The translations under genes and the position numbers were made by a program. The notes below the pieces were generated by a model. That model worked only from the letters and a program-made list of their open reading frames with translations. It did no database searches and had not been told where the DNA came from. A stretch of DNA of 64,000 nt, taken from positions 62,001 through 126,000 of the forward strand of contig NIVC01001474.1 in NCBI GenBank assembly GCA_002269645.1, given 5' to 3'. Below are positions 14,655-28,849 of this stretch, in pieces (the stretch's first letter is position 1; each line of letters opens with the position of its first letter). The stretch is from Macrostomum lignano (Eukaryota).

Positions 14655-15087
14655 TGCACGGCTCTTATTTGCACATGTATTTGCACGGCTCTTATTTGCA
14701 CATGTATTTGCACGGCTCTTATTTGCACATGTATTTGCACGGCTCTTATGTGCACATGTATTTGCACGGCTCTTATGTGCACATGTATTTGCACGGCTCT
14801 TATTTGCACATGTATTTGCACGGCTCTTATGTGCACATATATTTGCACGGCTCTTATTTGCACATGTATTTGCACGGCTCTTATGTGCACATATATTTGC
14901 ACGGCTCTTATTTGCACATGTATTTGCACGGCTCTTATGTGCACATATATTTGCACGGCTCTTATTTGCACATGTATTTGCACGGCTCTTATGTGCACAT
15001 ATATTTGCACGGCTCTTATTTGCACATGTATTTGCACGGCTCTTATTTGCACATGTATTTGCACGGCTCTTATTTGCACATGTATTT
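14655..15087. repeat. 27-bp minisatellite
   Basis: TTGCACGGCTCTTATTTGCACATGTAT x ~16. Confidence 0.95.
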
Positions 15088-15399
15088 AAAGCCAATGAAT
15101 CATGCACAGTAAATGTGTGACAGACAGCCATTCTCAAGTCAAAAAAGACTCAAATAATTTGCAATGCGCCAACTGCCTGTGCCAGACTGCCGTCTTGTTG
15201 CTCACCGCACTGGCGGCTGCGGCTCGCTGAGCGTTTCTAAGAAACGGCTGAGGCAGCGCGACTGAATTTTGCTAATTTGGAAATCAGCGTGAACTGCCCT
15301 CACCGACTCCGGGCTGCAGCCAGTTTGAGGATCAGCTCTTGCCGCTTCGCTTGGCATTGCTGAGTTCACGATCCCAATTATCCCATTCTTCAGTTCAGG

Positions 15400-16150
15400 A
15401 TCCTCAAATATCCCATTTTTCAGTTCACGATCCCCAAATATCACCTATTCAGTTCACTATCCCAATTATCCCATTCTTCAGTTCAGGATCCTTAAATATA
15501 ACCTATTCAGTTCACGATCCCCAAATATCCCATTCTTCAGTTCAGGATCCCCAAATATCACATTCTTCAGTTCAAGATCCCCAAATATCCCATTCTTCAG
15601 TTCAGGATCCCCAAATATCACATTCTTCAGTTCAATATCCCCAAATATCCCATTCTTCAGTTCAGAATCCCCAAATGTCACATTCTTCAGTTCAGGATCC
15701 CCAAATATCACATTCTTCAGTTCACGATCCCCAAATATCCCATTCTTCAGTTCACGATCCCCAAATATCACATTCTTCAGTTCAAGATCCCCAAATATCC
15801 CATTCTTCAGTTCAGGATCCCCAAATGTCACATTCTTCAGTTCAGGATCCCCAAATATCACATTCTTCAGTTCAAGATCCCCAAATATCCCATTCTTCAG
15901 TTCAGGATCCCCAAATATCCCATTCTTCAGTTCAGGATCCCCAAATATCACATTCTTCAGTTCAAGATCCCCAAATATCCCATTCTTCAGTTCACGATCC
16001 CCAAATATCACATTCTTCAGTTCAAGATCCCCAAATATCCCATTCTTCAGTTCAGGATCCCCAAATATCACATTCTTCAGTTCAGGATCCCCAAATATCC
16101 CATTCTTCAGTTCAGGATCCCCAAATATCACATTCTTTAGTTCACGATCC
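15400..16150. repeat. 30-bp minisatellite
   Basis: GTTCAGGATCCCCAAATATCCCATTCTTCA x ~24. Confidence 0.95.
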
Positions 16151-16186
16151 CCTACTGACAGATCCTCTACTGACAGATCCACACTG

Positions 16187-18048
<1,862 letters not shown>

Positions 18049-18314
18049 GCCGAGTGCCAGATGCGACTCCGGTTGCACCGGTCGGTGACTGCTTTCATGG
18101 CTTTTTGGCACCATTGGATAGCTTTGTAATCGAGCAACTTGATGGCTTATTAATGTTTGTTTTCTACCAGTAGCTGCGTGACTCAGTGATCTGCTCATGC
18201 AGCACGCTCAAACCCTCCGTTTTTTCTGCTGTGACGTCCTCGCTTCAAATGTTATTCATGTGCACCCCTTGCTTCTGATGTCAAATCTGAAGCCATTTTT
18301 TGGGATATCTAGGT

Positions 18315-18680
18315 TTGCCAGCCAGACGTTTTCCAGCCAGACATTTTCCAGCCGGACATTTGCCAGCCAGACATTTTCCAGCCAGACATTTTACAGCCAG
18401 ACATTTTCCAGCCAGATATTTGCCAGCGAGACATTTGCCAGCCAGAAATTTGCCAGCCAGACATTTTCCAGCCAGATATTTGCCAGCCAGACATTTTCCA
18501 GCCAGACATTTGCCAGCCAGACATTTGCCAGCCAGACATTTGCCAGCCAGACATTTTCCACCCAGACATTTGCCAGCCAGACATTGCCAGACAGACATTT
18601 GCCAGACAGACATTTGCCAGCCAGACATTTGCCAGCCAGACATTTTCCAGACAGACATTTGCCAGACAGACATTGCCAGA
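18315..18680. repeat. 15-bp minisatellite (CCAGCCAGACATTTG family)
   Basis: Inverted paralog of 4090-4705, ~24 units. Confidence 0.95.
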
Positions 18681-18949
18681 CAGACTGTATTGCAGTGAAG
18701 ATGATGTGAGACTAACTACTGTTACATGAAGTTAAACCGCAATTTGTATGTGCGATTGCTTCAGGTCATGTACTCCTCTCGATGAGTCATCGACTCCACA
18801 CGACTGATGTAAAAAGGAATGAACATTTTTGTAAAAATTGTGTTTTCAATCGAAATTTCACCTAGCTTTATGGCGATGTAAAAAAGAAGCTGTCTGTAGC
18901 TGACACTGCACTTGCACTGTGAGCTCTTCTCGCGTGTGTGTGTGCAATG

Positions 18950-19323
18950 CTTTTGAGTTGTGAGGCTGCTTAAATAGTGTCTTTCGCTCTCTTTCATCTT
19001 TGCTGCTCCATGGTGCATACTTGGCAGGTGTTCGAGCACCTCTCGTCTCATCTCTGCCGGTATCAATAATCTCTTTCCAACCAGTATTAGTTCTTCAACA
19101 TTGAGCTTCTTACGCAAGCTCTAGTAGGGCTTCAGAGACAGTCGTTGCAATCTTGGGTTGCCAATCTGGTCTAAAGCGTACTTATTTGAGATCGGCCCCA
19201 GCGGTCTGTGATCGATTACTTATTTCGAAGTGTTTCAATCTTTCGAGAAAAAGACGACTTCTCTTTCACTGCCTAAGAAACAGACAGCAGTTCAAGTTCG
19301 ATCGTTGCGTAACGACTCGCTTA
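18950..19323 (-). mobile_element. Ty3/gypsy pol relic, inverted paralog of 3450-3830
   Basis: Same LILVGKRLLIPAEMRREVLEHL peptide; near-identical DNA. Confidence 0.8.
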
Positions 19324-20048
19324 AGAGTCTCGCTGCTCTGGCTGAACTGGGCGCTGAACGCGGTGCCAATCGGGTCCGACCACATGATGTCGCACAGGAT
19401 GCCGGGCCGCACCGGTTCCACCGGCTTCTTGCACTCGTTCAACGCCTGGACATTGGCCTGCTGCCCGCCTCGAAGGTTAAACGGTTGCAGCATGAAGTTT
19501 GGCGAGATGCCACCATGACAGCAGAAGATCTGGCCATCAATGATTGCGCACATCGGCATCCACTGGAAGGTCCTGACGAATCCGCCAAGCACTTTGTGCG
19601 CCTGAATTCGCACCATTCGTTGGCCGATTTCGTCTTTGAATCCGTACCTGCAGCAGATGTTGGCCGTCTCGTGGTTGCCTCGGAGCAGGTACACCGAGTT
19701 CGGGTACAGCAGCATCAGCACAAACAGCAGCGTCATCACCTCGAGCGAGTACTTGCCTCGGTCGATGTAGTCGCCGAGGAACAGAAAGCGCGACTCGGGC
19801 GGCTGGCCGAGCGCGTCGAATATTCGAAGCAGATCGTGGAACTGGCCGTGCAAGTCGCCCACAATGTTGATTGGCGTCTTGATGTGGATGCAGATGTCTG
19901 TGGATCTCATAGCCTCCATCGCCATGTGGCACACTGACAGGCACTCAGCCGCAGTGAGCGGCACGTGATTCTCAACATCCTCAGTGTCAAATGTGAGCAA
20001 CCGGTTGGCCAGGTCTTTCAGGTCGACGTTCTGTAGCACTCGGGCCAT
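19324..20048 (-). pseudogene. PP1-like phosphatase copy B, 3'-truncated
   Basis: Essentially the same protein as 54610-55671 up to SQSSETL, then fused to the gypsy relic; lacks RGHQ and the SAPGY loop. Confidence 0.9.
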
Positions 20049-21010
20049 TTATTGCCGTTTCAATATTCTTCCTTTATTCTGGCCAGGCCGGCCAAACTCA
20101 CTTTAGCTTGTAATATTACACAACAATCCGTAGAAATAAAGACTTTCCGTGACAATATTTGCGTTCTCCGGGATTTTATTTGGTAATATTCAATAATATC
20201 CGGTAAAGTCTTTATGTCTATGGTTTATACGAGATTACACATGCCTTTTTCGGGAGTTATTTTCATAAATCCCTCGGGCCTCAGGCCCTCGTGATTTATT
20301 CAAATAACTCCTTCAAAAGGCATGTTTAATCTGATACGTAAGGTTTATTTTAATTATTTAATTATTCGACTCGAGGCGTGGCGCATAAACTGAGTCGCAG
20401 ATCAATTGACCATTTTATAGTGACATAATTATTGAGTATTGTCGCGCAGAATAAACTTTATAGAGGCAGAATAGCAAATTGATAAAATCGAAAAAAATCG
20501 CTAAGAATAAAATCATCTTTGATTACCATATATTTTACTGTAGCTAAATATATCCCGGCAAGCCTCAAATATATATCTATAGTCAACTTTGTAAAAATCA
20601 TAAATAGAAGTGTACGCAAACAAGAAGCCAAAGTGTAATTAAGTTTCTGGATAAAAGTGTTCAGTACTGGTGATCGAAAAATTACTAAAAATCTTATTCA
20701 AAATTATACCACAGCAAAGTTAATAGCACTACAAAAATTGATACAAGATTTAATTAATCATTAAAAGTTGTAAAAACTCTTGTAAAAACATTTCATATTT
20801 GTTTTGTTTAAAGTCTGCAATATGCTAGTACCTATACTATACGCAAGGGAAAATCACACTGATTTCAAAGGAACGATGGGTTAGTGAAAATCTTATTTTG
20901 GCATATCCACGAGTCCCCGAATGTATAGAAATCTAGCAATCAGTAATTGGTGTACTTTACATTTTTATGCTGACTTATCGTGAAACCATCTTGCTACTAG
21001 TCTGGGTGCT

Positions 21011-21562
21011 TCAAGTTGGAGTACTGGAGGGACCCGGTAGATCAGGTATTTCTTGAATATCTCCTCCGTTATTGTCAGCAGCATCAAGAAGACGAACACT
21101 TTCGATGTAGGTCGTATTATCTTGCCTCAATTCCAACTTTGCCAGGTGTCTTCTGATCTCGTCCAAGCAGCCGACACTGTGGAATCTGTACAATATTGAG
21201 TACGGCAAGCTATATAGGATCTGTGCTCCACGTGGAAGGAATGAGGTCCAATCCTTGATAGGATCTCTGTCGAAAATCATTACGAAGCTGGAAAAAGTGA
21301 ACATCAGCCACTCTGACAAGTTGATCAGCATCATGGCGACAGAACACTGCTTTAACCAGTAAATATTTGAATTGTCATGGATTGTCCAGTCGAACGCCAG
21401 AGTCAGTGCTAATACTTCAAATTGCAAGAAGGTGTCAATTATACCAAATGGCAGGTCTACCAGAGCCACAACAAATGGAGCGGAGTTATTGGCGGGTGCA
21501 CCATTGAAATTAACTTGCGTGGGATCGATAATGCTCTGAACGTTGTATACCAATAAAAAAGA
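21011..21562 (-). pseudogene. Otopetrin-like copy B, 3' fragment (last three TMs)
   Basis: LKQCSVAMMLINLSEW...YRFHSVGCLDEIRRHL; 5' part replaced by unrelated sequence. Confidence 0.85.
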
Positions 21563-21949
21563 ATAATCATGCGCAGTTCAACGACGAGAGCAGCAGGCGG
21601 GCATGCAAGACTGGGCGCGGCCGAGTTTCTTGCTGGTGGCACGGCACCTCATCACCCCCAGCAGACTCCACAACATGCCCGCTCTCGCCTGGACAGGAAG
21701 ATTCCGGTGGTTCAATGAGCGCCCATCTGCCTCAAGTTCAACAGCCGTGGTGGCTGCAAGTTCCATAATTACAAGCACACTCATGCGTGCCTGGTCTGCT
21801 TGCGCTCGGACCACGGCGAGATGCAACACGCGGCAAAAAACGATTAGCCGCGGCTCCAGTGGCCTCGGCAAGCTGGCAGCCGTAAGTTTTAACCACAAGT
21901 TTTTACTCCATTCGCGACATCAATTGCAATCCGAGTGGCTCCCTTGACT

Positions 21950-22420
21950 CAAATGCCTGGGCGAAGGAGCTGGATGGCGACCCCGACGGGCCTTTTTTAA
22001 TTGACGGAGTCCAAAACGGCTTCGCGCTCACTACTGAAACCGATTTTAAGCCTTCCGAAGTTGAGAACTACTAGTCGGCTATTGAGTACAAGACGTTGGT
22101 CGAAGAGAAATTGCAGCGTGAGATCACCAGCGGGCGGTATGTGTCAGTCTCTTGATCGCAGACCACAAGATTAAGTTTGAGACGGTTAGCGGCCTCTTCT
22201 CACAACTCAAGCCCGGTAACTTTACGGCTAAGATCGATCTCGGAGGTGTATCGCTCAGTGGGTGTTCATCCTTCTTCTCTCGACGCTCTGGGCATCGAAT
22301 GGCAATTCAGCGGCGACAGCGAGCCTACCTACCTGGTCGACACCTGGCTGAGCTTCAGCGCTGCGGCCTCGGTGTACCATTTCAACTGGCTGTCTAAGGC
22401 GGTGGGCGTTGCTGCAGTCA
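21950..22420 (+). mobile_element. Degraded DIRS/Ngaro-like (tyrosine-recombinase retrotransposon) RT fragment
   Basis: Broken peptides AWAKELDGDPDGPFLIDGVQNGF, LVEEKLQREITSGRY, PGNFTAKIDL and YLVDTWLSFSAAASVYHFNWLSKAV resemble the DIRS-type RT pattern. Confidence 0.6.
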
Positions 22421-23130
22421 CTGCTGGCTTCTGGTGTAAAATTTGCAGCGATTTTATGGGATCTTCGTTGGCCAGGCAGCCATTTGCCAGTCAGACTTTC
22501 TTGCATTAAAAATATTGCATGAATAACTATTCGTACATGACACTTCCAACACAATTTAAATTGGCCTATTAATTACTTGAGGAATAAATGGAACCCTCAA
22601 CTACAAGTGACCAGTTTTCAGTGCCAACCCCTTCAACTTGACCCAGGACTCAGCTGTTTCACTGCCTGGATCGAAAGGCTCAAATCATCGAGCAAAGACG
22701 AGGCAGTGAAATCCAAAACTCGCTTCGCAGTCTGCTGACTGCCCGGGCAACTGGTCCTGGCTCAGTCGGCAGTCTGCTGGCAGCAGTGAGGCTGCAGTTC
22801 CCGCAGAAGTTCGAGCCGAGGTAGCAGCACTGTGCAAACGAGCTGCTGCAGTGCATCCTGCCGCATCTCACGCTCAAAGACAGCTGCCTCAGAGTTTTCG
22901 CTACTTTGCTCCGTGCAGTGGCTGCCACAACTGTAAAGATGCCACCGCAGGAGCCACAGACATAATTTATATTCATAATTTAGACATAAAGTTATAATTT
23001 AGTGTTAAGTTTCACTTTTGTGTCGCTGAACCTCAAGAATATCGCATTTAATATTGTTGAGAATTCAACTGTGTGACAGCCTCATTGTAATGTCTAATGA
23101 TGGATCTTCCTGCATTCATAAATACTCGTA

Positions 23131-23754
23131 TGCTGTGTTCACCAATGCTGTGTTCACCAATGCTGTGTTCACCAATGCTGTGTTCACCAATGCTGTGTTC
23201 ACCAATGCTGTGTTCACCAATGCTGTGTTCACCAATGCTGTGTTAACCAATGCTGTGTTCACCAATGCTGTGTTCACCAATGCTGTGTTCACCAATGCTG
23301 TGTTCACCAATGCTGTGTTCACCAATGCTGTGTTCACCAATGCTGTGTTCACCAATGCTGTGTTCACCAATGCTGTGTTCACCAATGCTGTGTTCACCAA
23401 TGCTGTGTTCACCAATGCTGTGTTCACCAATGCTGTGTTCACCAATGCTGTGTTCACCAATGCTGTGTTCACCAATGCTGTGTTCACCAATGCTGTGTTC
23501 ACCAATGCTGTGTTCACCAATGCTGTGTTCACCAATGCTGTGTTCACCAATGCTGTGTTCACCAATGCTGTGTTCACCAATGCTGTGTTCACCAATGCTG
23601 TGTTCACCAATGCTGTGTTCACCAATGCTGTGTTCACCAATGCTGTGTTCACCAATGCTGTGTTCACCAATGCTGTGTTCACCAATGCTGTGTTCACCAA
23701 TGCTGTGTTCACCAATGCTGTGTTCACCAATGCTGTGTTCACCAATGCTGTGTT
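23131..23754. repeat. Near-perfect 15-bp tandem array
   Basis: TGCTGTGTTCACCAA x ~41 with one variant unit. Confidence 0.97.
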
Positions 23755-23857
23755 AAATATAATTTTCAATAAAAATGCTTTTAAATACCTATATGATTGC
23801 AACCTTCAAAAACTTTTCCTCTGTAGCAATACTGAGGTAAAAAAGTCAGTTTCGAAT

Positions 23858-24140
23858 ACCTGATCGAGAACCTGATCGAGAACCTGATCGAGTACCTGAT
23901 CGAGTACCTGATCGAGTACCTGATCGAGTACCTGATTGAGAATCTGATCGAGAACCTGATCGAGTACCTGATCGAGTACCTGATCGAGAACCTGATCGAG
24001 TACCTGATCGAGTACCTGATCGAGAACCTGATCGAGTACCTGATCGAGTACCTGATCGAGAACCTGATCGAGTACCTGATCGAGTACCTGATCGAGAACC
24101 TGATCGAGTACCTGATCGAGAACCTGATCGAGTACCTGAT
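23858..24140. repeat. 12-bp tandem array
   Basis: CCTGATCGAGTA/GAA x ~23. Confidence 0.95.
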
Positions 24141-24889
24141 ACTGACTACCAGATCGAGTACTTGCAAGCAAGCTCAGTGACTCTGACCTGCTCACAGTAG
24201 TTCAGTTTTCAACAGACAGAGTCAAGACCCATTTCTGAGCGCAGATAAAACCAGGACTCAATTGTGTCTGCTCTGCTAAGCCAAAGGTCGACGTGGGCTT
24301 ATGTCAGGGGTCGGCATGATAAGAAACATTTCGAATAGAGAGAGAATGTCTCTCTGTGGCTCAAACGCTCAAAGTTTTGCTTGCAGCATTGGATTTTATT
24401 TGTGATTAGATTGCAGCCTGAAGTGTCACTGCTTCAATGCGAGCAATTTGAAGATCGGAAAAACCGCAAACTGTGGCTTTTTTATCTGTTGTCTTCCAGA
24501 TAAGAAATTCAAGTTGAAATGGAAAAAAAAGAAGTTCGAACAAGTAGTCAGGTTGGGGGCAGTTAAACTGTAAATTAAGTTGCACTCATCAGGGAGCCAG
24601 GTGCGCTCGCCAACCTCACCTGTTGCTCCACTTGTGGTGTTTCGGAGTTGCTCTTTACCGAGCGAGACGAGAGATGCGGTGAACGACGACTACCGGGACC
24701 GCCGCAGGAAGGCGCCGGGCCATCAGCGGGAGGGACCACGCAGAAGGGGGCCTGGATAGCTCACCTTCAAAGGCATTGAAACATTGCGCTCCTCCAAAAA
24801 TGGAATGATGGAGGAGAACCAAGAACCAAGACAGGAGCTCAACTTTTGCCACCTCTTGGACGTGGCATCCGCCGGCTTAGAAGACAGGG

Positions 24890-25090
24890 ACGCCTACCAA
24901 GAGACAGGGGCGCCCACCAAGGGACAGGGGCGCCTACCAAGAGACAGGGCGCCCACCAAGAGACAGGGCGCCCACCAAGAGACAGGGCGCCCACCAAGAG
25001 ACAGGGCGCCCACCAAGAGACAGGGCGCCCACCAAGAGACAGGGCGCCCACCAAGAGACAGGGGCGCCCACAAAGAGACAGGGGCGCCCA
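24890..25090. repeat. 19-bp GC-rich minisatellite
   Basis: CCACCAAGAGACAGGGCGC x ~10. Confidence 0.9.
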
Positions 25091-25491
25091 AGCGTCGAGA
25101 TTCACAAGCACGGAGTTTCCCTTTGCCGAACTTATTTACACTTAGAAGACTGTTGGCTCGTGCAGTTTCGAGCTGGTTCAGAAGTCGGAAACCTACTGGA
25201 ATTCCCCCGGACAAAGAGGGCCTCCCGAGCGACTTGCAGGCAGCCGAGCCTGCAGCCTGGACTGGCTGGCTGGAGTCGCAGCTGATCATTATGTTTGATT
25301 AACCAGTGTCCACGTACGGTAAAAGTGCATGAATTAACTCAAATCTTGCGTCATCAAGTAGTCTAAGATGCTGCAGTCGCTGGCGCACAACTCAGAGTTT
25401 GAATAAAATGCGCATTTATCACAGACTACTGTATGTAGGATGGGGCGAGGCTCGATATGATAAACCGCTATTAATTATCGAGTTGTTGATC

Positions 25492-25505
25492 GTAACCATG
25501 GCAAC
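25492..25505. promoter_or_regulatory. X-box-like site, paralog B
   Basis: GTAACCATGGCAAC (reverse complement GTTGCCATGGTTAC) within the inverted paralog of 10300-10560. Confidence 0.5.
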
Positions 25506-25764
25506 CGAAATCCTGGCTATGCGATGCGCACAGGCAGAAGAAAAAGTCTGATATCCTGCTGCCCGAACAAAATTTGCCTCGGTGCGCGCCTCCTGGAGAC
25601 CGCCTGGGGCCATTTTGCCCGAATATTGTGAGCCGCGTTTTATAAACGAGTTCACATGAGTAACATTCAGGTGGAGCAATTAGGGCGCTTTTTTCTAACG
25701 AACGAGAAACTTTGCTTATTTGGTTGTGAGATGGCGGGAAATGGCACGATGCCCTCATATGACA

Positions 25765-26130
25765 CTTCCCTGGCGCTTCACTGCCTCCCTGGCGTTTCAC
25801 TGCCTCCCTGGCGTTTCACTGCCTCCCTGGCGTTTCACTGCCTCCCTGGCGCTTCACTGCCTCCCTGGCGCTTCACTGCCTCCCTGGCGCTTCACTGCCT
25901 CCCTGGCGCTTCACTGCCTCCCTGGCGCTTCACTGCCTCCCTGGCGCTTCACTGCCTCCCTGGCGCTTCACTGCCTCCCTGGCGCTTCACTGCCTCCCTG
26001 GCGCCTCATTGCCTCTTTGGCGCTTCACTGCCTCCCTGGCGCGTGATTGCCTCTTTGGCGCTACACTGCCTCCCTGGCGCCTCACTGCCTCTTTGGCGCT
26101 TCACTGCTTCCCTGGCGCCTCACTGCCTTT
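25765..26130. repeat. 19-bp minisatellite
   Basis: CTCCCTGGCGCTTCACTGC x ~19. Confidence 0.93.
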
Positions 26131-26429
26131 CTGACACCTCTGTCAGCTGCAGGCACTCTCTCATTTGCCCACAGGAGTTTCTAATTTTAGCAGCTCGCTC
26201 CGAAGCATGCTACTGAGCAGCACTGGCTGGGCAGCAGTTCGCGAATGAGGTTGAGAACCAGGAAAAGCCGATTGGCTCTCAGCAGCAAAAGCCTTCAGCG
26301 CTGGGGTTAAAATGAACAGCAGCTCACTCTGAGTGCACTTGGAGAAATCCAGAAGGACGACTCAAATATTGTTTATTCTTTCTAAGTATCATCAAAACTT
26401 TCTAAGTATTCTTTGTTCCGACATCAGAC

Positions 26430-27814
26430 ATGGCTGCAGCCGATGAAGAGCTCTTTGAGGCGATTGAAGCGGACGACTGCAGGCGGTGGAGAACTTCGTT
26501 GCCAGTGGGAGGAGTGTCGACACGATTCTCACTTGGAGAGGAAGTGAGTGGACACCGCTGATGTGGGCTTGCTTCTTGAGTAGAATTGACATCTTGGTGA
26601 GGCTGATTCGAGAGAGCGTCGACCTCAACAAACAGAACAGTGAGGGATTCTCGGCAGTGTATGTTGGATGTCAACAAGGCCATCGTAAGGCTGCTGATTT
26701 ACTAATCCAAGCACAAGCCGACGTCAATCTTCAACGAAACACTGGCTCGTCACCTGTGTACATTGCATCACAAAATGGCCACCATGAGGTAGTAGACGGA
26801 CTCCTCAAAGCACTAGCCGACGTCAATCTTCAACGAAACACTGGCGAGTCACCTCACTGTAGTCTGAGTCAAACCCCTCAAAACCCCCCTCAAGCCGGGT
26901 GGTGGGTGTCTGGCCGGCCGCTCGCTAAGCCGACTCGCACTGGACCCGCGGCGCCGGGTAGACTTGGATTTGCCGCGTGCCGGGGTCCAGGCCGATTCTG
27001 ATTGGTTGGCCGCGCAAAGCTTGGGGTACGCAGAAAACTCAACCCTCCGCTGAGTCACAAAATTGGCGTCTAACTCTAACCTGTTTACACAAAACAAACT
27101 CTAAACTAAGAGAAAAAAGTACATGGAAACGCGTGACTAAATTGAAGCAAAATACAATAATTAACAACAATAATACAAAACTAACTACAAACCAGCGCAA
27201 AAGATGCTCACACTACAAGTAGGTGGGTAACTGAGTGATGTTTATTTTTGCAGCGTACGAGTAATGTCCTCGATTCCAATTCTATTCATTTCTACACATG
27301 TGGCTGTGAATTGGCTATCTTATATCGATTTGAACTGTACTGCTTTGTGCGTGTGGCTGCTCAATTTAAATTGCCATTTTAGACACTCTCCCTCCACTGA
27401 GCTGATCGATTTCTATTTATACATACAGTACTTCTTCGCAATGTACATCGTTCGACCTAACTACTCAATTCTATAATACAATGTAAAAGACCAACGCTAC
27501 ATTGTAGACCTCTCTACATTGCATCACGAAATGGCCACCATGAGGGAGCAGATCGACTCCTCAAAGCACGAGCCGACGTCAATCTTCAACGAAACACTGG
27601 CGAGTCACCTCTCTACATTGCGGCACAAAACGACCACCATCACTTGGTTGAGTCACTTCTCAAAGCCTCCGCTTTGGCTGGATCTCGAGAGTCACTTGAG
27701 TCTGCTCTCAGCCGTGCAATCGAGTTCCGCAGTGAGCGATCTGCCCAAATTCTTCACCGTGCGCTGACGGGCGATGAGCGACCGAATTCGGTCGGAGAGG
27801 CTGCAGACAGGTGA
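26430..27814 (+). pseudogene. Ankyrin exon copy B, frameshifted and interrupted
   Basis: ATG at 26430 (MAAADEELFEAIEA); 1-bp deletion at ~26475; 652-bp insertion at 26856-27507; ends GCAGACAG|GTGAGC like copy A, but no cGLR exon follows. Confidence 0.9.
26856..27507. mobile_element. LTR-like insertion in ANK copy B
   Basis: Flanked by ACCTC direct repeats (26851-26855, 27508-27512); core begins TGTAG (26858) and ends CTACA (27501). Confidence 0.5.
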
Positions 27815-27849
27815 GCGCTCCTCGGTTGAGTCCAAGCAGCGCCCTGCGC

Positions 27850-28260
27850 AGGGCGGGGGAATGACAGGAGACAGCCGCGCTGGATTTCCGGCAGTCGTGG
27901 GCGTTATCTCTTCTCTCCCTGTGCTTTGAAGCCACCCACTGGTTGATCCGAGTGGTGACGACGTGGTGGGGTTGGAGCCACGGGCAGGGGACCAGAGAAA
28001 GAACCAGTCGAGCTAGCCTTGGCCAAGGTATCGGCCAACTCGTTGATGGGGTGGCTCGAGTGCTCGGGGATCCACCCTAGGGACACCTTGTTGGAAGCGC
28101 CTACGTGTTTGAGCTGCCCGATGCAGTCGAGGACTGTACGCGAGCAGGTTGTGGTGCTCTCAAGGGGGTGGATTTCCGCTTGACAGTCCGAGTCGAGGAT
28201 AGTCTCCTTCCCCCGACACGCTGATTGTACAGCTCCATGGCGCCGGAGCTGATGGCAAGA
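27850..28260 (-). mobile_element. Non-LTR retrotransposon RNase H fragment
   Basis: VSLGWIPEHSSHPINELADTLAK matches the RNase H C-terminal WVPGH..GNE.AD.LAK motif. Confidence 0.7.
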
Positions 28261-28849
28261 ACTTTGTTCTAGAAAACGGTGGAGCAGGTGCTAGTGTGCT
28301 GAGAGAAGGTCGCCACGGTTCTTGTTAGTGTAGGCAAAACTGAGTAAGTCATGTTTGCAAGCGAAGGGAAATACTCTTGAACAGAACTCTACCGAAGTGA
28401 CGAAAGTATTTACTTGAGGATCGTGAACTGAAGACTGTGATATTTGGGGTTTGTGAACTGAAGAACGTGCAAATAAGAGCCGTGCAAATACGTGTGCAAA
28501 AAAGAGCCGTGCAAATACATGTGCAAATAAGAGCCGTGCAAAAAAAATCAGAAGCAGCTGTTTGAGCACAATTACTTGGGTGATCAAGACTGCTCAATTT
28601 TATTCACTCATGGCTCTGAGGCGGGGGGTTCCTGCAAACCTCAGACAGAAATCGGCCATATATTTGTTATAATGAATATTTATTTCTGTTGTGTGAAACT
28701 CATGAGACTTCAGTCTGTAAAATTCCTGGCTATAAGCCTCACATGGCGCTACACAATGTAAGTTTGGGGGGTTAACAAAACTTATTGCCGCAAGCCCTTA
28801 TGGCAGATCTTTCTAAGAAACCTACAATGCCTGTCAGAGCTCTGCATGA

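Noticed and set aside
23054-23863. 269-aa (NAVFT)n ORF and similar long repeat ORFs at 15339-16317, 30909-32377 and 55965-57462
   Set aside because: They are translations of short-period tandem arrays lacking stop codons in several frames, with no non-repetitive coding flanks.
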